A stretch of 64,000 nucleotides of DNA from a virus, in IMG/VR virus record IMGVR_UViG_3300042508_000910, one strand, 5' to 3'. Below are positions 37,340 to 46,717 of this stretch, in pieces (the first letter of the stretch is position 1; every line of letters starts with the position of its first letter). The position numbers and the translations under genes were made by a program. The notes beneath the pieces were generated by a model, which saw only the letters and a program-made list of their open reading frames with translations, was not told the origin of the DNA and searched no databases.

Positions 37340-38620
37340 TTATTTCTTATTTTTATAATCCTCTAGACAGGATTTAAATTTAGCTTTATCATTACCTTGC
37401 TTTGTAGGAATACACTGTTTTAAAAATTCATTAAATTTTTGACCTTCTGTAGCCATCATCTTTTTATATTCGTCATCTTCTTCATATCCGCAATTTGAGC
37501 CTTTATTTTCACAATATTGTTTTTGACTAAAACCTTTTGGATTATTGCAGTCTATACTTCTTTTATATTTTATGCTCCATTTTGCTTCAATTTTTTGTAA
37601 TTGAATCTCTGTCTTACCAAGCATGTCGCCCTTTTTCCATGTAGCACCATCATTTGTGCATTCATAAACTACTGCATATCCCATATCTTCTGGAAGATCG
37701 CGAATCTCTTTGACTATTCCTTCGCTGCCATAATGTTTACATTGAGCATTGATATTTTTTACTTTATCTCCAACTTTAAACATAGTAGATGATTCTATTT
37801 CTTCTATTTCCATCTCTTCTGGCTCTTCGTTCTCTTTATTGAACATTACATAATTGTGAATTGTAATCATATAATCTTCTGCGAGAATTGCCATTTGTTG
37901 TAAAAATGGTTCAGTAAGATTCTCTTTTACCATTGGGTCGTTTAGTTTGTCTATTACATTCTTTGAATGTTGGTAAATAGAATTAATTGAACCTACTATC
38001 ATTCCATAAAAATCTTCTTTATAATCTTCAAATTCGTCTTCAATATCTTCTACTTCTTCTGCTTGAGCGAGTGTTTGATCCATTTTTAATAATTCAGATT
38101 GATCAAATTCTGTTTCGCCATCCCATTCATATTCTTCATTTAAATAATCACTAGCTTGAGCTTTTTTAAGAGCTTCTTGAGTTGGACGATCTTTAGAGCC
38201 TTCTGGTGCGGGGCGATAATTTTTACCCATTCTTTTCTTTTTTTGTTGAATATTATACCAAAGACCTTTGTTTTTAGCTTGAATATCAATATCTATTCCG
38301 ATTTCTTCTTGTGAATTTTCGCTAGCTGCAACTTTTTTGCTTGGATGCCATGACCATTGACAGCTCCAATATCGAGCGCGAAATTTTGGGCCAGGATTAT
38401 CGCAATTATGTCTAGCCCTAAACGACTTTCTTCTGACTGGATCTGATCTTTTTATAGATAAGTTTGGATCACCAAATTTAACCATTACTATATTACCCTT
38501 ATCATTTTTTACATAAACGCCAAACTTCTTTTTGCTTCCTTGAGGAAGACGGAATGGTTTATTAAGTGGAGCTTTACCCTTTTTGGCTGCTTTTAATTGC
38601 TCTGTAAAATCTATTTCCAT
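37340..38620 (-). CDS. Multi-module phage protein (DUF6321-like and other small modules), probable internal head protein
   Basis: LNKPFR...KFGVYVKN...FGDPN...RRKSFRARHNC...YWSC; KWSIKYKRSIDCNNPKGFSQ; acidic linkers. Confidence 0.6.
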   Translation of the reverse strand: MEIDFTEQLKAAKKGKAPLNKPFRLPQGSKKKFGVYVKNDKGNIVMVKFGDPNLSIKRSDPVRRKSFRARHNCDNPGPKFRARYWSCQWSWHPSKKVAASENSQEEIGIDIDIQAKNKGLWYNIQQKKKRMGKNYRPAPEGSKDRPTQEALKKAQASDYLNEEYEWDGETEFDQSELLKMDQTLAQAEEVEDIEDEFEDYKEDFYGMIVGSINSIYQHSKNVIDKLNDPMVKENLTEPFLQQMAILAEDYMITIHNYVMFNKENEEPEEMEIEEIESSTMFKVGDKVKNINAQCKHYGSEGIVKEIRDLPEDMGYAVVYECTNDGATWKKGDMLGKTEIQLQKIEAKWSIKYKRSIDCNNPKGFSQKQYCENKGSNCGYEEDDEYKKMMATEGQKFNEFLKQCIPTKQGNDKAKFKSCLEDYKNKK

Positions 38621-38638
38621 ATACCCATGTATTACACC

Positions 38639-39433
38639 TTATAGACCCAATTTATTAACCATTAATTGTATTTTATTCCTAAACTTTTCGTCATTCTTGG
38701 CGCTCATACAATGAGTATATTGCTTTTCTCTTGCTTGTTCATTATTAGGCCATCCATTAGGAAATAACATTTCAACTTTTTTATCATAATGTTTAGCGCA
38801 TACTGCAAGATAATATTGCTCTGCTATTACAGCTTTATGCCAATGATTATAGAATCCTCTATAATTTAACCAAAAATCTTTGTTTTTTGGATCTAAAATT
38901 AATTCTAAAGCAGAGTTACTATAATTATATAAAAATTCAAGATCATTTCCACCTATAACTCCAACATTAATCCCATCTATTGCGTCAACTTTTCCTGCAA
39001 TATGTAAATTTGGACAATTAGCTTTAAATCTTTCTATCTCATACCAATGATAAGAACCTTCTTCAATGCATTGAGCAAAAACATCTGCTTTTTTTAGTCT
39101 ATCTTCTAAACCTTTCCAAAGTATAACATCATAATCTACATGAACGAAAGGGTCGCCTTTTTTTGCTATTAATTTATAAGCTAATAATTTATTAATGCTC
39201 CAAGTCTCGCCATATTCTTTTGGCAGATCATTAAATTCTATTGCTACTGATGAAAATTTAATATCTTTAAAATAAGGTAAACTAGCATCGTCTGTTATAA
39301 AATGAACTTCACCAAAATTTTGTTTTAAAAAATAAGCACAAACTTTATGCATGTTTATTGTAAACTGATCTGGGATTTTTCTATATCCCCCAGACCAATA
39401 ACTCATGTATGGTTTCATGCTATAATGTCTCAA
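38639..39433 (-). CDS. GT-A-like (DUF6734-like) putative glycosyltransferase
   Basis: WSINKL, PFVHVDYDV, INVGVIGG, AEQY. Confidence 0.6.
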   Translation of the reverse strand: MRHYSMKPYMSYWSGGYRKIPDQFTINMHKVCAYFLKQNFGEVHFITDDASLPYFKDIKFSSVAIEFNDLPKEYGETWSINKLLAYKLIAKKGDPFVHVDYDVILWKGLEDRLKKADVFAQCIEEGSYHWYEIERFKANCPNLHIAGKVDAIDGINVGVIGGNDLEFLYNYSNSALELILDPKNKDFWLNYRGFYNHWHKAVIAEQYYLAVCAKHYDKKVEMLFPNGWPNNEQAREKQYTHCMSAKNDEKFRNKIQLMVNKLGL

Positions 39434-41747
39434 ACATTGTATCGTTATATTCAGTAATTTTTCCAGAAATTAAAGCTTGTATATCTGGATGCTTTAGATT
39501 TGGTCCTCCAACGCATTGATTACTTATACTTAAGTAAGGCGTTAATGAAGGTGTGCTACTTTGGCAATAGGCGCATGATGCAATATACCAATGCGCAGAG
39601 GCTAAGATTGGTTGATTATTCTTAGCAAATATAAATATTGGATTTGAGCTATCGCCTCCAACAAGCTGTTCGCCTTTTAGCTTTGTTGTTAATATATATT
39701 TATTTGATAAGGTTGAGCCTAATCCACAAGTTACTTCAGCTAAAACTATTGCTGGTAATTCTTTATCTTGAGCATCTGCTGCTATACTCCAAGCTCCTGT
39801 AATATTTTTATTAGATGCTGGCAATGGATAGTATTTTCCACTTGGTAAATCAGAGCTTAACCTATAAATTTTTAGATCACAATTTTGATTATTTGGATTA
39901 ATATTAAATGCTGCTTCTATAGTTACTGTCGTACCATCAAAATCTATGCTAGATCCAACTGTGGCTGGTGCATGTTGATTTCCAATTCCCCATCTTGGTG
40001 ATATTGCTGTCACAATTCCACCTGCGCCTTTACCTTTTATTATATTAAAACCTGTTGGTTGCCATGGATTTCCAGAGTATTGATATTTACCATAATCAGC
40101 TGTTGCAATAGATGGTACGCTATCTTGGTCATAATTGCTTGATCCAAAATAGTTTTCTTCGTACCATTCCCAACTATCATAATCGGGATCTGTCCATCCT
40201 AAATTTACCTGAGTTCCAGTAAGAGCATAACTGTCTTTTATCTCTTTAAAACTATTAACCGAAAGATTATTTAATGAAAAATTATTAAAAGTTTTTGTAT
40301 CGGGATTGTATTTTGCCAATCCATCGTATTGATTTATAATATAGATTTCTTTTTGTTCTATTCCTCCCTGGCTAGTTGTTATATCTTTCGCTTGAAATGG
40401 ACTAGTTGGGTCTACACCAAATCCACTAATTTTAATTAGTTTACCGCTATTCGTTTGAGGATCTCCGCTCAACATATAAACTTGATTATAATTATCTCTA
40501 ACAAATGTTTTGCCTTCGGCATAACTTATAGGGTATTTCTCTGAATACACAATATCTCTAATATTCTGATTTGCAGAAAAGACTATGTTTTCTGCGGAGA
40601 TCGCAATCCTTCCTCTTTCTTTATAGCCTTTTATATAAGGACTTGAGCTATCATATATATATACTGTATGGGCTGGATTTGGAGCGCTTGCAAATTTTAC
40701 ATTTGTATCAATTGCGTCTTGATTTCCGTAATTATTGCTTCCGTAATAATAAGCCATATTGCCACTGGTTAAAAGTATTGATACATTTCCATTTGCTGCT
40801 ATTTGTTTTATGTCTGTAGAAAAAGTAAAATTTAATTGATTTAATTGATTATCGCCCCAATATTTAATTGTTCCATCTTTTTTCAAAAGAAGAGCATGAT
40901 TAAGTCCAAATTGTAAATCTTTTATCTCTCCAGAGATATCGTCTAAATATTTTTTAATATTCAAACCTTGTGGATTATCTATCCCACCCAAAGATTGTTG
41001 TATTTCCCATGTTATTAAATTATTTGATAGGAGGAGGGTCGCTGCTCCATTTTCTACTCTTAAATTCCAAGTATTGGTAGCTGCATTCCACTCAATCCAA
41101 TTCTCATTTGTTAAATCTCCATTTGGATAGAATTTTCCAGTTTGAAATACTGCATTTCTTATATATTTGCCATTATAGTTCCCAGCGCCAGTGAGAGTAA
41201 CCTCTGAGGTGAAATTTTTAATATAATTAATATTATCATTTGCGCCAGATAATAATAAAGTTCCATCTGTTTTTAAAAGACCTAAATGATAGGTTGTCTC
41301 ACTAAAACTGCTTGGTCCACTAAAAATTTTATCTATTTGTGGATAATTTTTTGTTAAATATTGATTATAATTAATGTTATTTTCTATCTGTAAGTCTACT
41401 GGAATTTGTTCAAAATTTGATGAAGTAAAATTTATTTTACCAAAATTATCACTTTTTATTATACCATTTAATACTATCCATTCTCCAGTAGGTGTCTCAG
41501 AAGTTAGGTTAATTATATTATTTGTATCGTCACTTTTATACCAACCAGTAAGTGGTAATTTATTGTCATTATAATCGATATCATGATAGTATGTACCTAA
41601 AGCTTGTAAAGTATTTCTATAAACATATTTATTAAGAGTCTTATCTAACCAAATTGCTCTACAATCTCCGCACCCTCCATTATAATATAAATATGTTCTA
41701 TTATCGTCATTTAATGTTGTGCCATAATTTCTTTTTACTGATATCAT
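39420..41747 (-). CDS. Virion protein with RCC1-like repeats and C-terminal trypsin-like protease domain
   Basis: HALLLKKDGTIKYWGDN; AISPRWGIGNQH, CDLKIYRL, GGDSSNP. Confidence 0.6.
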   Translation of the reverse strand: MISVKRNYGTTLNDDNRTYLYYNGGCGDCRAIWLDKTLNKYVYRNTLQALGTYYHDIDYNDNKLPLTGWYKSDDTNNIINLTSETPTGEWIVLNGIIKSDNFGKINFTSSNFEQIPVDLQIENNINYNQYLTKNYPQIDKIFSGPSSFSETTYHLGLLKTDGTLLLSGANDNINYIKNFTSEVTLTGAGNYNGKYIRNAVFQTGKFYPNGDLTNENWIEWNAATNTWNLRVENGAATLLLSNNLITWEIQQSLGGIDNPQGLNIKKYLDDISGEIKDLQFGLNHALLLKKDGTIKYWGDNQLNQLNFTFSTDIKQIAANGNVSILLTSGNMAYYYGSNNYGNQDAIDTNVKFASAPNPAHTVYIYDSSSPYIKGYKERGRIAISAENIVFSANQNIRDIVYSEKYPISYAEGKTFVRDNYNQVYMLSGDPQTNSGKLIKISGFGVDPTSPFQAKDITTSQGGIEQKEIYIINQYDGLAKYNPDTKTFNNFSLNNLSVNSFKEIKDSYALTGTQVNLGWTDPDYDSWEWYEENYFGSSNYDQDSVPSIATADYGKYQYSGNPWQPTGFNIIKGKGAGGIVTAISPRWGIGNQHAPATVGSSIDFDGTTVTIEAAFNINPNNQNCDLKIYRLSSDLPSGKYYPLPASNKNITGAWSIAADAQDKELPAIVLAEVTCGLGSTLSNKYILTTKLKGEQLVGGDSSNPIFIFAKNNQPILASAHWYIASCAYCQSSTPSLTPYLSISNQCVGGPNLKHPDIQALISGKITEYNDTMFETL

Positions 41748-41759
41748 CGTAAATTCTCC

Positions 41760-42761
41760 TTATAGTTGATCTGGTCCAAATATTACTGAACTTACAAATG
41801 CATTAAATAAAGCATCATCTACAATATCTATGCCAATAGAATTCCCTCCACTACTTCCATCACTACCACTTCCTCCTAAGAATTCATCTACTAGATCTGT
41901 CCCGATAGAATTGCCTCCACTACTTCCATCGCTACCACTTCCGCCTAAGAATTGATCTACGAGATCTGTACCGATAGAGTTACCTGTTCCATCTGCGCTA
42001 CCTCCTGATCCACCACTTCCAGATCCACTTCCACTTGAAGTTATAGTTTTTACTTTTAATTCTATTGATGTCTTATATAAAACATCTGGACGATACCATT
42101 TTTTAGTTGGAAAATTATTTCCAGTATAGTTGTTGTAATAGACTATATCATTAAGATTATCATAAAGAATCCAGATGTCGTTTCTCTTATATTTAAGATA
42201 ATTTTTTCTATATTCTCCACCAATTGTAATTCCATTAGAAGTATAGGTTTTATAATATCCTCTTGAATCTGTAGTATTTTCTAATTGACTTGAGATTCTT
42301 AAATAATCTATAGCATTTTGTCCTTTGAAAATTATAAATCTATTATTAAAATAACTATTAACAGCATTAGGACCAAAAAAGTAAGACATACTATCTATAT
42401 TCCCATCAAGATTATAATATATTGAATTATTAAAAGAAATTTGTTTATTGTATAATGAGATAACTGGTTCATAGTCTTCATCTGACTCTGAAGTTAAGGC
42501 GGCTGCAACTTTTTGTTCAATTTTTTGTACAACAATAGAGTTTACTTTTTTTTCTGATTTCTTGACTTTCTCTTCTATTTTTTTTATTTTAGTTAATATT
42601 TTTTGTTCTTTTTCTAAGATAAGTTCAGCATTATTTATTGGATCTAGTTGTAGATTAGTTTTTTCCGTAGTTAGAGCGGCTGCTTCAGCAAGAGTCTTTT
42701 TAATTTCAGTTACTTTTGAAACTATCCTACTAACAAATGATCTTTTACTAGCGCGAGCCAT
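41760..42761 (-). CDS. Hypothetical protein: coiled-coil N-terminus, Gly/Ser-rich repeat C-terminus
   Basis: Composition and tandem repeat. Confidence 0.6.
   Translation of the reverse strand: MARASKRSFVSRIVSKVTEIKKTLAEAAALTTEKTNLQLDPINNAELILEKEQKILTKIKKIEEKVKKSEKKVNSIVVQKIEQKVAAALTSESDEDYEPVISLYNKQISFNNSIYYNLDGNIDSMSYFFGPNAVNSYFNNRFIIFKGQNAIDYLRISSQLENTTDSRGYYKTYTSNGITIGGEYRKNYLKYKRNDIWILYDNLNDIVYYNNYTGNNFPTKKWYRPDVLYKTSIELKVKTITSSGSGSGSGGSGGSADGTGNSIGTDLVDQFLGGSGSDGSSGGNSIGTDLVDEFLGGSGSDGSSGGNSIGIDIVDDALFNAFVSSVIFGPDQL
41816..41992. repeat. 69-bp coding tandem repeat, about 2.5 copies (GNSIGTDLVDxFLGGSGSDGSSG)
   Basis: ccRatagaRtt recurs at 41833, 41902 and 41971. Confidence 0.9.
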
Positions 42762-42773
42762 ATTCTGGCTCCA

Positions 42774-43271
42774 TTAACTTCTTTCCCAGCTAATATAGTT
42801 TGGGGTTACTCCAGAAACACTAACTACGCCAGTATAAGCTTGGTCAGAAAGACTTCCGCCATCACCAGCATTAGAAGCTGTATTTGCAGCTAATACAAAA
42901 TTAAATGAAGAACTACTTGCATTTGTTCCATATTTTACATAAAGAGCGCCAGTAGCAAGATTTTGAACAAACAATTCTAAACGATTTTCGTTAGCAAGTA
43001 AAATTGCACCATTTGAACCGCTTACTGTACTATTAGATATTGAAGAACTCTGAATAGGTGATGTAGAAACATTATCAAGATTTTTATCTAAATTAGCTTG
43101 ATAGACTGTCATTCCAGAAGGAATATTTGCTCCTGTTACAAGGAAAGCATTCAGAAGAGTCTCTATTCCATCAATTTTACTAAAATCGATAGCTTGAAAG
43201 CCGCTAATTTCACTGTTATATACTAAAGATATTCTTTTTTCGGATGGATCATTTATATTAATATTTGCCAT
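42774..43271 (-). CDS. Small virion/decoration-like protein
   Basis: Beta-rich C-terminus (NRLELFVQNL...LYVKYG); N-terminus shared with the adjacent gene. Confidence 0.55.
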   Translation of the reverse strand: MANININDPSEKRISLVYNSEISGFQAIDFSKIDGIETLLNAFLVTGANIPSGMTVYQANLDKNLDNVSTSPIQSSSISNSTVSGSNGAILLANENRLELFVQNLATGALYVKYGTNASSSSFNFVLAANTASNAGDGGSLSDQAYTGVVSVSGVTPNYISWERS

Positions 43272-43302
43272 AATACTAATATTACACTAAAAATATTATA
43301 AA

Positions 43303-44688
43303 TTATCTAGTTTCTCGCCATTGTAAACTTGCAAAAGTATTGCTTGCTCCACCACCAATTCCAGATCCAATTATAACAAAAACATTACTATTTGTGCTAT
43401 CAATATTTTGACTAATATAACCTCTTTTTGCGCTTGATAAAGTTTGTATTTGAGATTGAGAACTAAATTTTCCTGCTCCTTGGCCTCCAGCAATACAATA
43501 TGCAGCATCTACTAACATACCACTAGTAAAATTAACACTTGTTGCACTAATATTATATTGAACAACGCTTTCATCGTTTGCACTTATCCAAGTTCCACCA
43601 ACTATTTGACCCGTGCTTGGAATTCTCCAAAGTTCATAAGTTATTGCTTCTGTTGCGGTATAAATATTAGCCATGTTTGGTCTAACAACGCTTCGATTTG
43701 GTTTGCCATAATATCCAGTTTTTAGTGCTATTGCGACTAGCGGAAGTTGGCTAGTTGTAGGCACTGATCTTGCTGTAAGATTTCTTGCTGAAAAATCTAC
43801 TCCTGCTTCATTGTATCCACCTTCACTCATTACTGTAGCGCAAATTTGATCCATAGTATCTGTTCCAACTGCTACAGCATAATTTCTAATTTCACATCTA
43901 ACTGGAAGATTTGGGTTACTCCAATAAACAGTTGGTTTGTTGTTGCTATTATAAAATTCATGAGCAATAACTGATTCACCATTATGTACAAATCCAGCTC
44001 GTAGTCTTCCTACTCCTAGCCATTGAAAATCTGCTGTGAATAATTGTGTTTTTGTTCGGTCTAAATTAAATTGAGAAATTCCACTTCCATTACATTTATC
44101 TATATTCCAATTGTTTTGGGTTATTCTTTCTTCTGATACAACTCCCGAAACATCGTTTCTTAAAACAAGAGCTAGTGTTCCATCTCCACTTTGTTCAAAA
44201 AATATTCCGTTGCGTTCATCAAAAAGACCAATTCTTTTATTTGTACCAGCTCTATATCCTGTAAAATTAAAACTTTGAAAAGTTAATTGACTTTTTCCTG
44301 GCATGTAGTGATGATACATTCTGCTTTGGTGAATTGTAAAATCATTAGCTCCAGTTCCAACTTGGAGCACTGCTTTTGCTTGATTGATATTAAATGTTGT
44401 ATTAGAATTTGTACCACTAGTTTTAGTTAATAATTCTGTTTCTTCTCCGTAAACGTGAGAATAATCCGCAAGAGTAAATGGATTTGAAATTCTTTGGCGG
44501 CCAAATGCGTCTATTTGAGCAGATTGTGCTGAAAAATTAGTTACATTAACATTAATACCACTATTTAAAATTCCTTCTATATTATCTATTTTACTAAAAT
44601 CAAGAGCTTGGAAAGCACCGCTATCACTATTGTAAACAAGAGATATTCTTTTCTCTGATGGATCTGGAATTAGAACATTATTAACCAT
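43303..44688 (-). CDS. Virion structural protein (DAFGRxRxSxPxTL family)
   Basis: DAFGRQRISNPFTL, YMPGKSQL, DFQWLGVGR, PNLPVRCEI, SEGG. Confidence 0.6.
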   Translation of the reverse strand: MVNNVLIPDPSEKRISLVYNSDSGAFQALDFSKIDNIEGILNSGINVNVTNFSAQSAQIDAFGRQRISNPFTLADYSHVYGEETELLTKTSGTNSNTTFNINQAKAVLQVGTGANDFTIHQSRMYHHYMPGKSQLTFQSFNFTGYRAGTNKRIGLFDERNGIFFEQSGDGTLALVLRNDVSGVVSEERITQNNWNIDKCNGSGISQFNLDRTKTQLFTADFQWLGVGRLRAGFVHNGESVIAHEFYNSNNKPTVYWSNPNLPVRCEIRNYAVAVGTDTMDQICATVMSEGGYNEAGVDFSARNLTARSVPTTSQLPLVAIALKTGYYGKPNRSVVRPNMANIYTATEAITYELWRIPSTGQIVGGTWISANDESVVQYNISATSVNFTSGMLVDAAYCIAGGQGAGKFSSQSQIQTLSSAKRGYISQNIDSTNSNVFVIIGSGIGGGASNTFASLQWRETR

Positions 44689-44760
44689 TTGATAATAAAT
44701 TACACTAAATTAAAAATTTAATTACACTATTATAGTATATATCCCTTAAGAGATATACCT

Positions 44761-45177
44761 TGGACCCGAGAGGAGTTGAACCTCTGTCTTTTAAAAAGTT
44801 AAATTAAAATACTACAAGTTTAGCCTATTCCGTTGTTTCGCAATAGTGTCGAACAGGCAATCGGGCTATTGCTATTTATTTAATTCTAGATCTGGCCTTG
44901 GTCAAATCTAGCCATTATAATCAATTTAAAAATCAAATAAAAAGGATTTAAACTGATACATCTAAATACCCACTAGTCTAGTAGATGTGTCGTAGATAGC
45001 AGGTCGCAGGTTTTAGGCTGCGATTAGGGAGTCCTTCTTGTGAGAAACTCTCAAGGAGAAACTACCCTTTAACTTAGCTGGTTTGGCAGTTAAGTATTTT
45101 AAAGTTGTTTAAAGAGTCCACTTTAACTCTACTTGCATTCTAATTCCAATTTTTAAAATCGATACCAGTACGGGCCC
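44761..45177 (-). ncRNA. ssrA: tmRNA (one-piece, 417 nt, CCA not encoded)
   Basis: 5' GGGCCCG pairs with 3' CGGGTCC-A with a G3.U70 wobble; T-arm AGAGG-TTCAACT-CCTCT; pk1 AGAGT/ACTCT plus AAAGT/ACTTT; TAACT-GCC resume site; tag ORF 45087..45013 AKPAKLKGSFSLRVSHKKDSLIAA*. Confidence 0.95.
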
Positions 45178-45210
45178 AATGAGAAAGAACTATAAATCGT
45201 CTTACACAGA

Positions 45211-45426
45211 TTATACTTTACTTAAAAGTTTTTTGCAATCTTTTTTATATATAAATATAAATTTTAATCTAACTCCGTTTACATCTGAACTTAAATATTG
45301 TTGAGCTAAACAAGGATATTCGTCAGGACAATAATTTGTGTCAATATCTTTTTCATCAATATTATAATTTAAGGCTTTTTGCTTTTTATATTTATTCCAG
45401 CCATTTTCATTTTTTATTACTTCCAT
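45211..45426 (-). CDS. Hypothetical protein (likely start MEVIKN)
   Basis: PDEYPCLA motif; the longer start overlaps the divergent promoter. Confidence 0.55.
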   Translation of the reverse strand: MEVIKNENGWNKYKKQKALNYNIDEKDIDTNYCPDEYPCLAQQYLSSDVNGVRLKFIFIYKKDCKKLLSKV

Positions 45427-45446
45427 AAAAAAATTATATAAAAAAA

Positions 45447-45475
45447 TTGACAAAATTCAAAGATCTTTGTATTAT
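45447..45475 (+). promoter_or_regulatory. Sigma70-type promoter for the putative ncRNA
   Basis: TTGACA-17-TATTAT with no credible CDS downstream. Confidence 0.75.
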
Positions 45476-45481
45476 AAGCTA

Positions 45482-45790
45482 TTGACATAGCCTTCTTATT
45501 ATAGGCAATTTTGATAGTTTTATAGAAAACTGTTTAGTACATGGTTTCAAGAGATAGCAACGCTGTGAAGACTTGCGACTATGAAAACCCTCATTGTGCA
45601 TTATATGGCTTTGAGGTTAATGTGTGGATGTATGGGACGGCAGTATGTACAGGGAGTAAGCCACCTCGCCCCTATAAGTGCCGTAGTCTGTTTCCTCGCA
45701 AGAGGAAAATGGGAGTTAAAAGAAAAGTAGAGATCTTGTACTAGGCACAACCTCAATATAAAAAATCTGAGGGAAAGTCTTCTATGGGAT
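45482..45790 (+). ncRNA. Putative structured ncRNA of unknown family
   Basis: More GC-rich than flanks; several long-range helices, a GCAA tetraloop hairpin (45691-45708) and a crossing helix 45535-45548/45730-45743. Confidence 0.6.
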
Positions 45791-45822
45791 ATTAAAGAAA
45801 AGTTAATAATTAAGATAAGATA

Positions 45823-46338
45823 CTAATACCAAACTTCATTATGAATTCTTCTCAATACTCTAATCCAATTCTTTAGGTTATAAGATATATCATCTCTTTC
45901 TGCAATCTCAAAACCATTCTTAGCTATATTATAATAAATACTTTCTGATGGATATGATCTTCTCAACTTCTCTAAACTCTTATAGAAAAAGCCAAGAAAT
46001 ACTGTGACAGATTTTGCTGTATCTTCATTTAATTCTAATTGAAAGAAATATTTATTCTGAAGTGGATATTCTATGAGATTATAAAAATTGCTACTTACAG
46101 CTTCTGATATATATTCCTTCTCTTCAAAAGAACATTTTATATCTTTACTATATTTTACTATTGTAAGCTCTGTGAATACTGGGAAACTAATATCTACTAT
46201 ACCATTTATATCTTCTTCTGTAACTTTATTTATTATTTCTGGTAAGCAATCTGGATCTTGTATAAGCAAAAAGGTTTTTTCTGGTGATAAACCTAGCTTC
46301 TTTGCAAAAAAATCTATATCCCTCTCTGAAACCGTCAC
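45823..46338 (-). CDS. Hypothetical protein
   Basis: 171 aa ORF. Confidence 0.6.
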   Translation of the reverse strand: MTVSERDIDFFAKKLGLSPEKTFLLIQDPDCLPEIINKVTEEDINGIVDISFPVFTELTIVKYSKDIKCSFEEKEYISEAVSSNFYNLIEYPLQNKYFFQLELNEDTAKSVTVFLGFFYKSLEKLRRSYPSESIYYNIAKNGFEIAERDDISYNLKNWIRVLRRIHNEVWY

Positions 46339-46352
46339 AAGACTAATTACAT

Positions 46353-46688
46353 TTAATTTTTATCTTTGGATATGTGTTTTTGTATATAGTCGAAATTTCT
46401 ATCTAGTTTATTATCTATTCTTTCTATTGCATGCTCTAAAGAGTCTTGAGTAGCATAAGTTGTGCTAACTTTTAGTGCTAAATCAGATATTTCTTGTTGA
46501 TATTTTCTGCTTTCAGCTTCAACTTCTTTTCTTAATGTTATAAAATCTGTAAATGTTTTATCATTTAACTCTTTAATTAAATTTTCTTGCTTATCAAACA
46601 ATGAGAATACTCTAGTAAATAACCATCCACCCAGAAAAGAAAGGGCTCCCAAAACGATATTAAATAGGAATATTGGATCGATATTCAC
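46353..46688 (-). CDS. N-terminal TM plus coiled-coil protein (holin-like?)
   Basis: FNIVLGALSFLGGWLF then heptads; GTGTAA 8 nt upstream. Confidence 0.5.
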   Translation of the reverse strand: MNIDPIFLFNIVLGALSFLGGWLFTRVFSLFDKQENLIKELNDKTFTDFITLRKEVEAESRKYQQEISDLALKVSTTYATQDSLEHAIERIDNKLDRNFDYIQKHISKDKN

Positions 46689-46717
46689 ACATATATTTAC
46701 ACTTTTTAGAATAAATA

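Noticed and set aside
41816-41992. CRISPR-like array
   Set aside because: In-frame coding repeat with no unique spacers.
44761-44790. tRNA gene suggested by a T-arm and acceptor end
   Set aside because: The matching 5' strand is ~400 nt away with pk1 and a tag ORF in between, so it is the tmRNA.
45541-45744. 67-aa ORF on the + strand
   Set aside because: No recognisable motifs or SD, and it lies within the densely base-paired region; the ncRNA explains the sequence better, though coding is not excluded.
45760-45785. RNase P RNA (GAGGGAAAGTC resembles CR-I)
   Set aside because: The motif is at the 3' end, the helix lacks the bulged U of P4, and the other conserved regions are not found.
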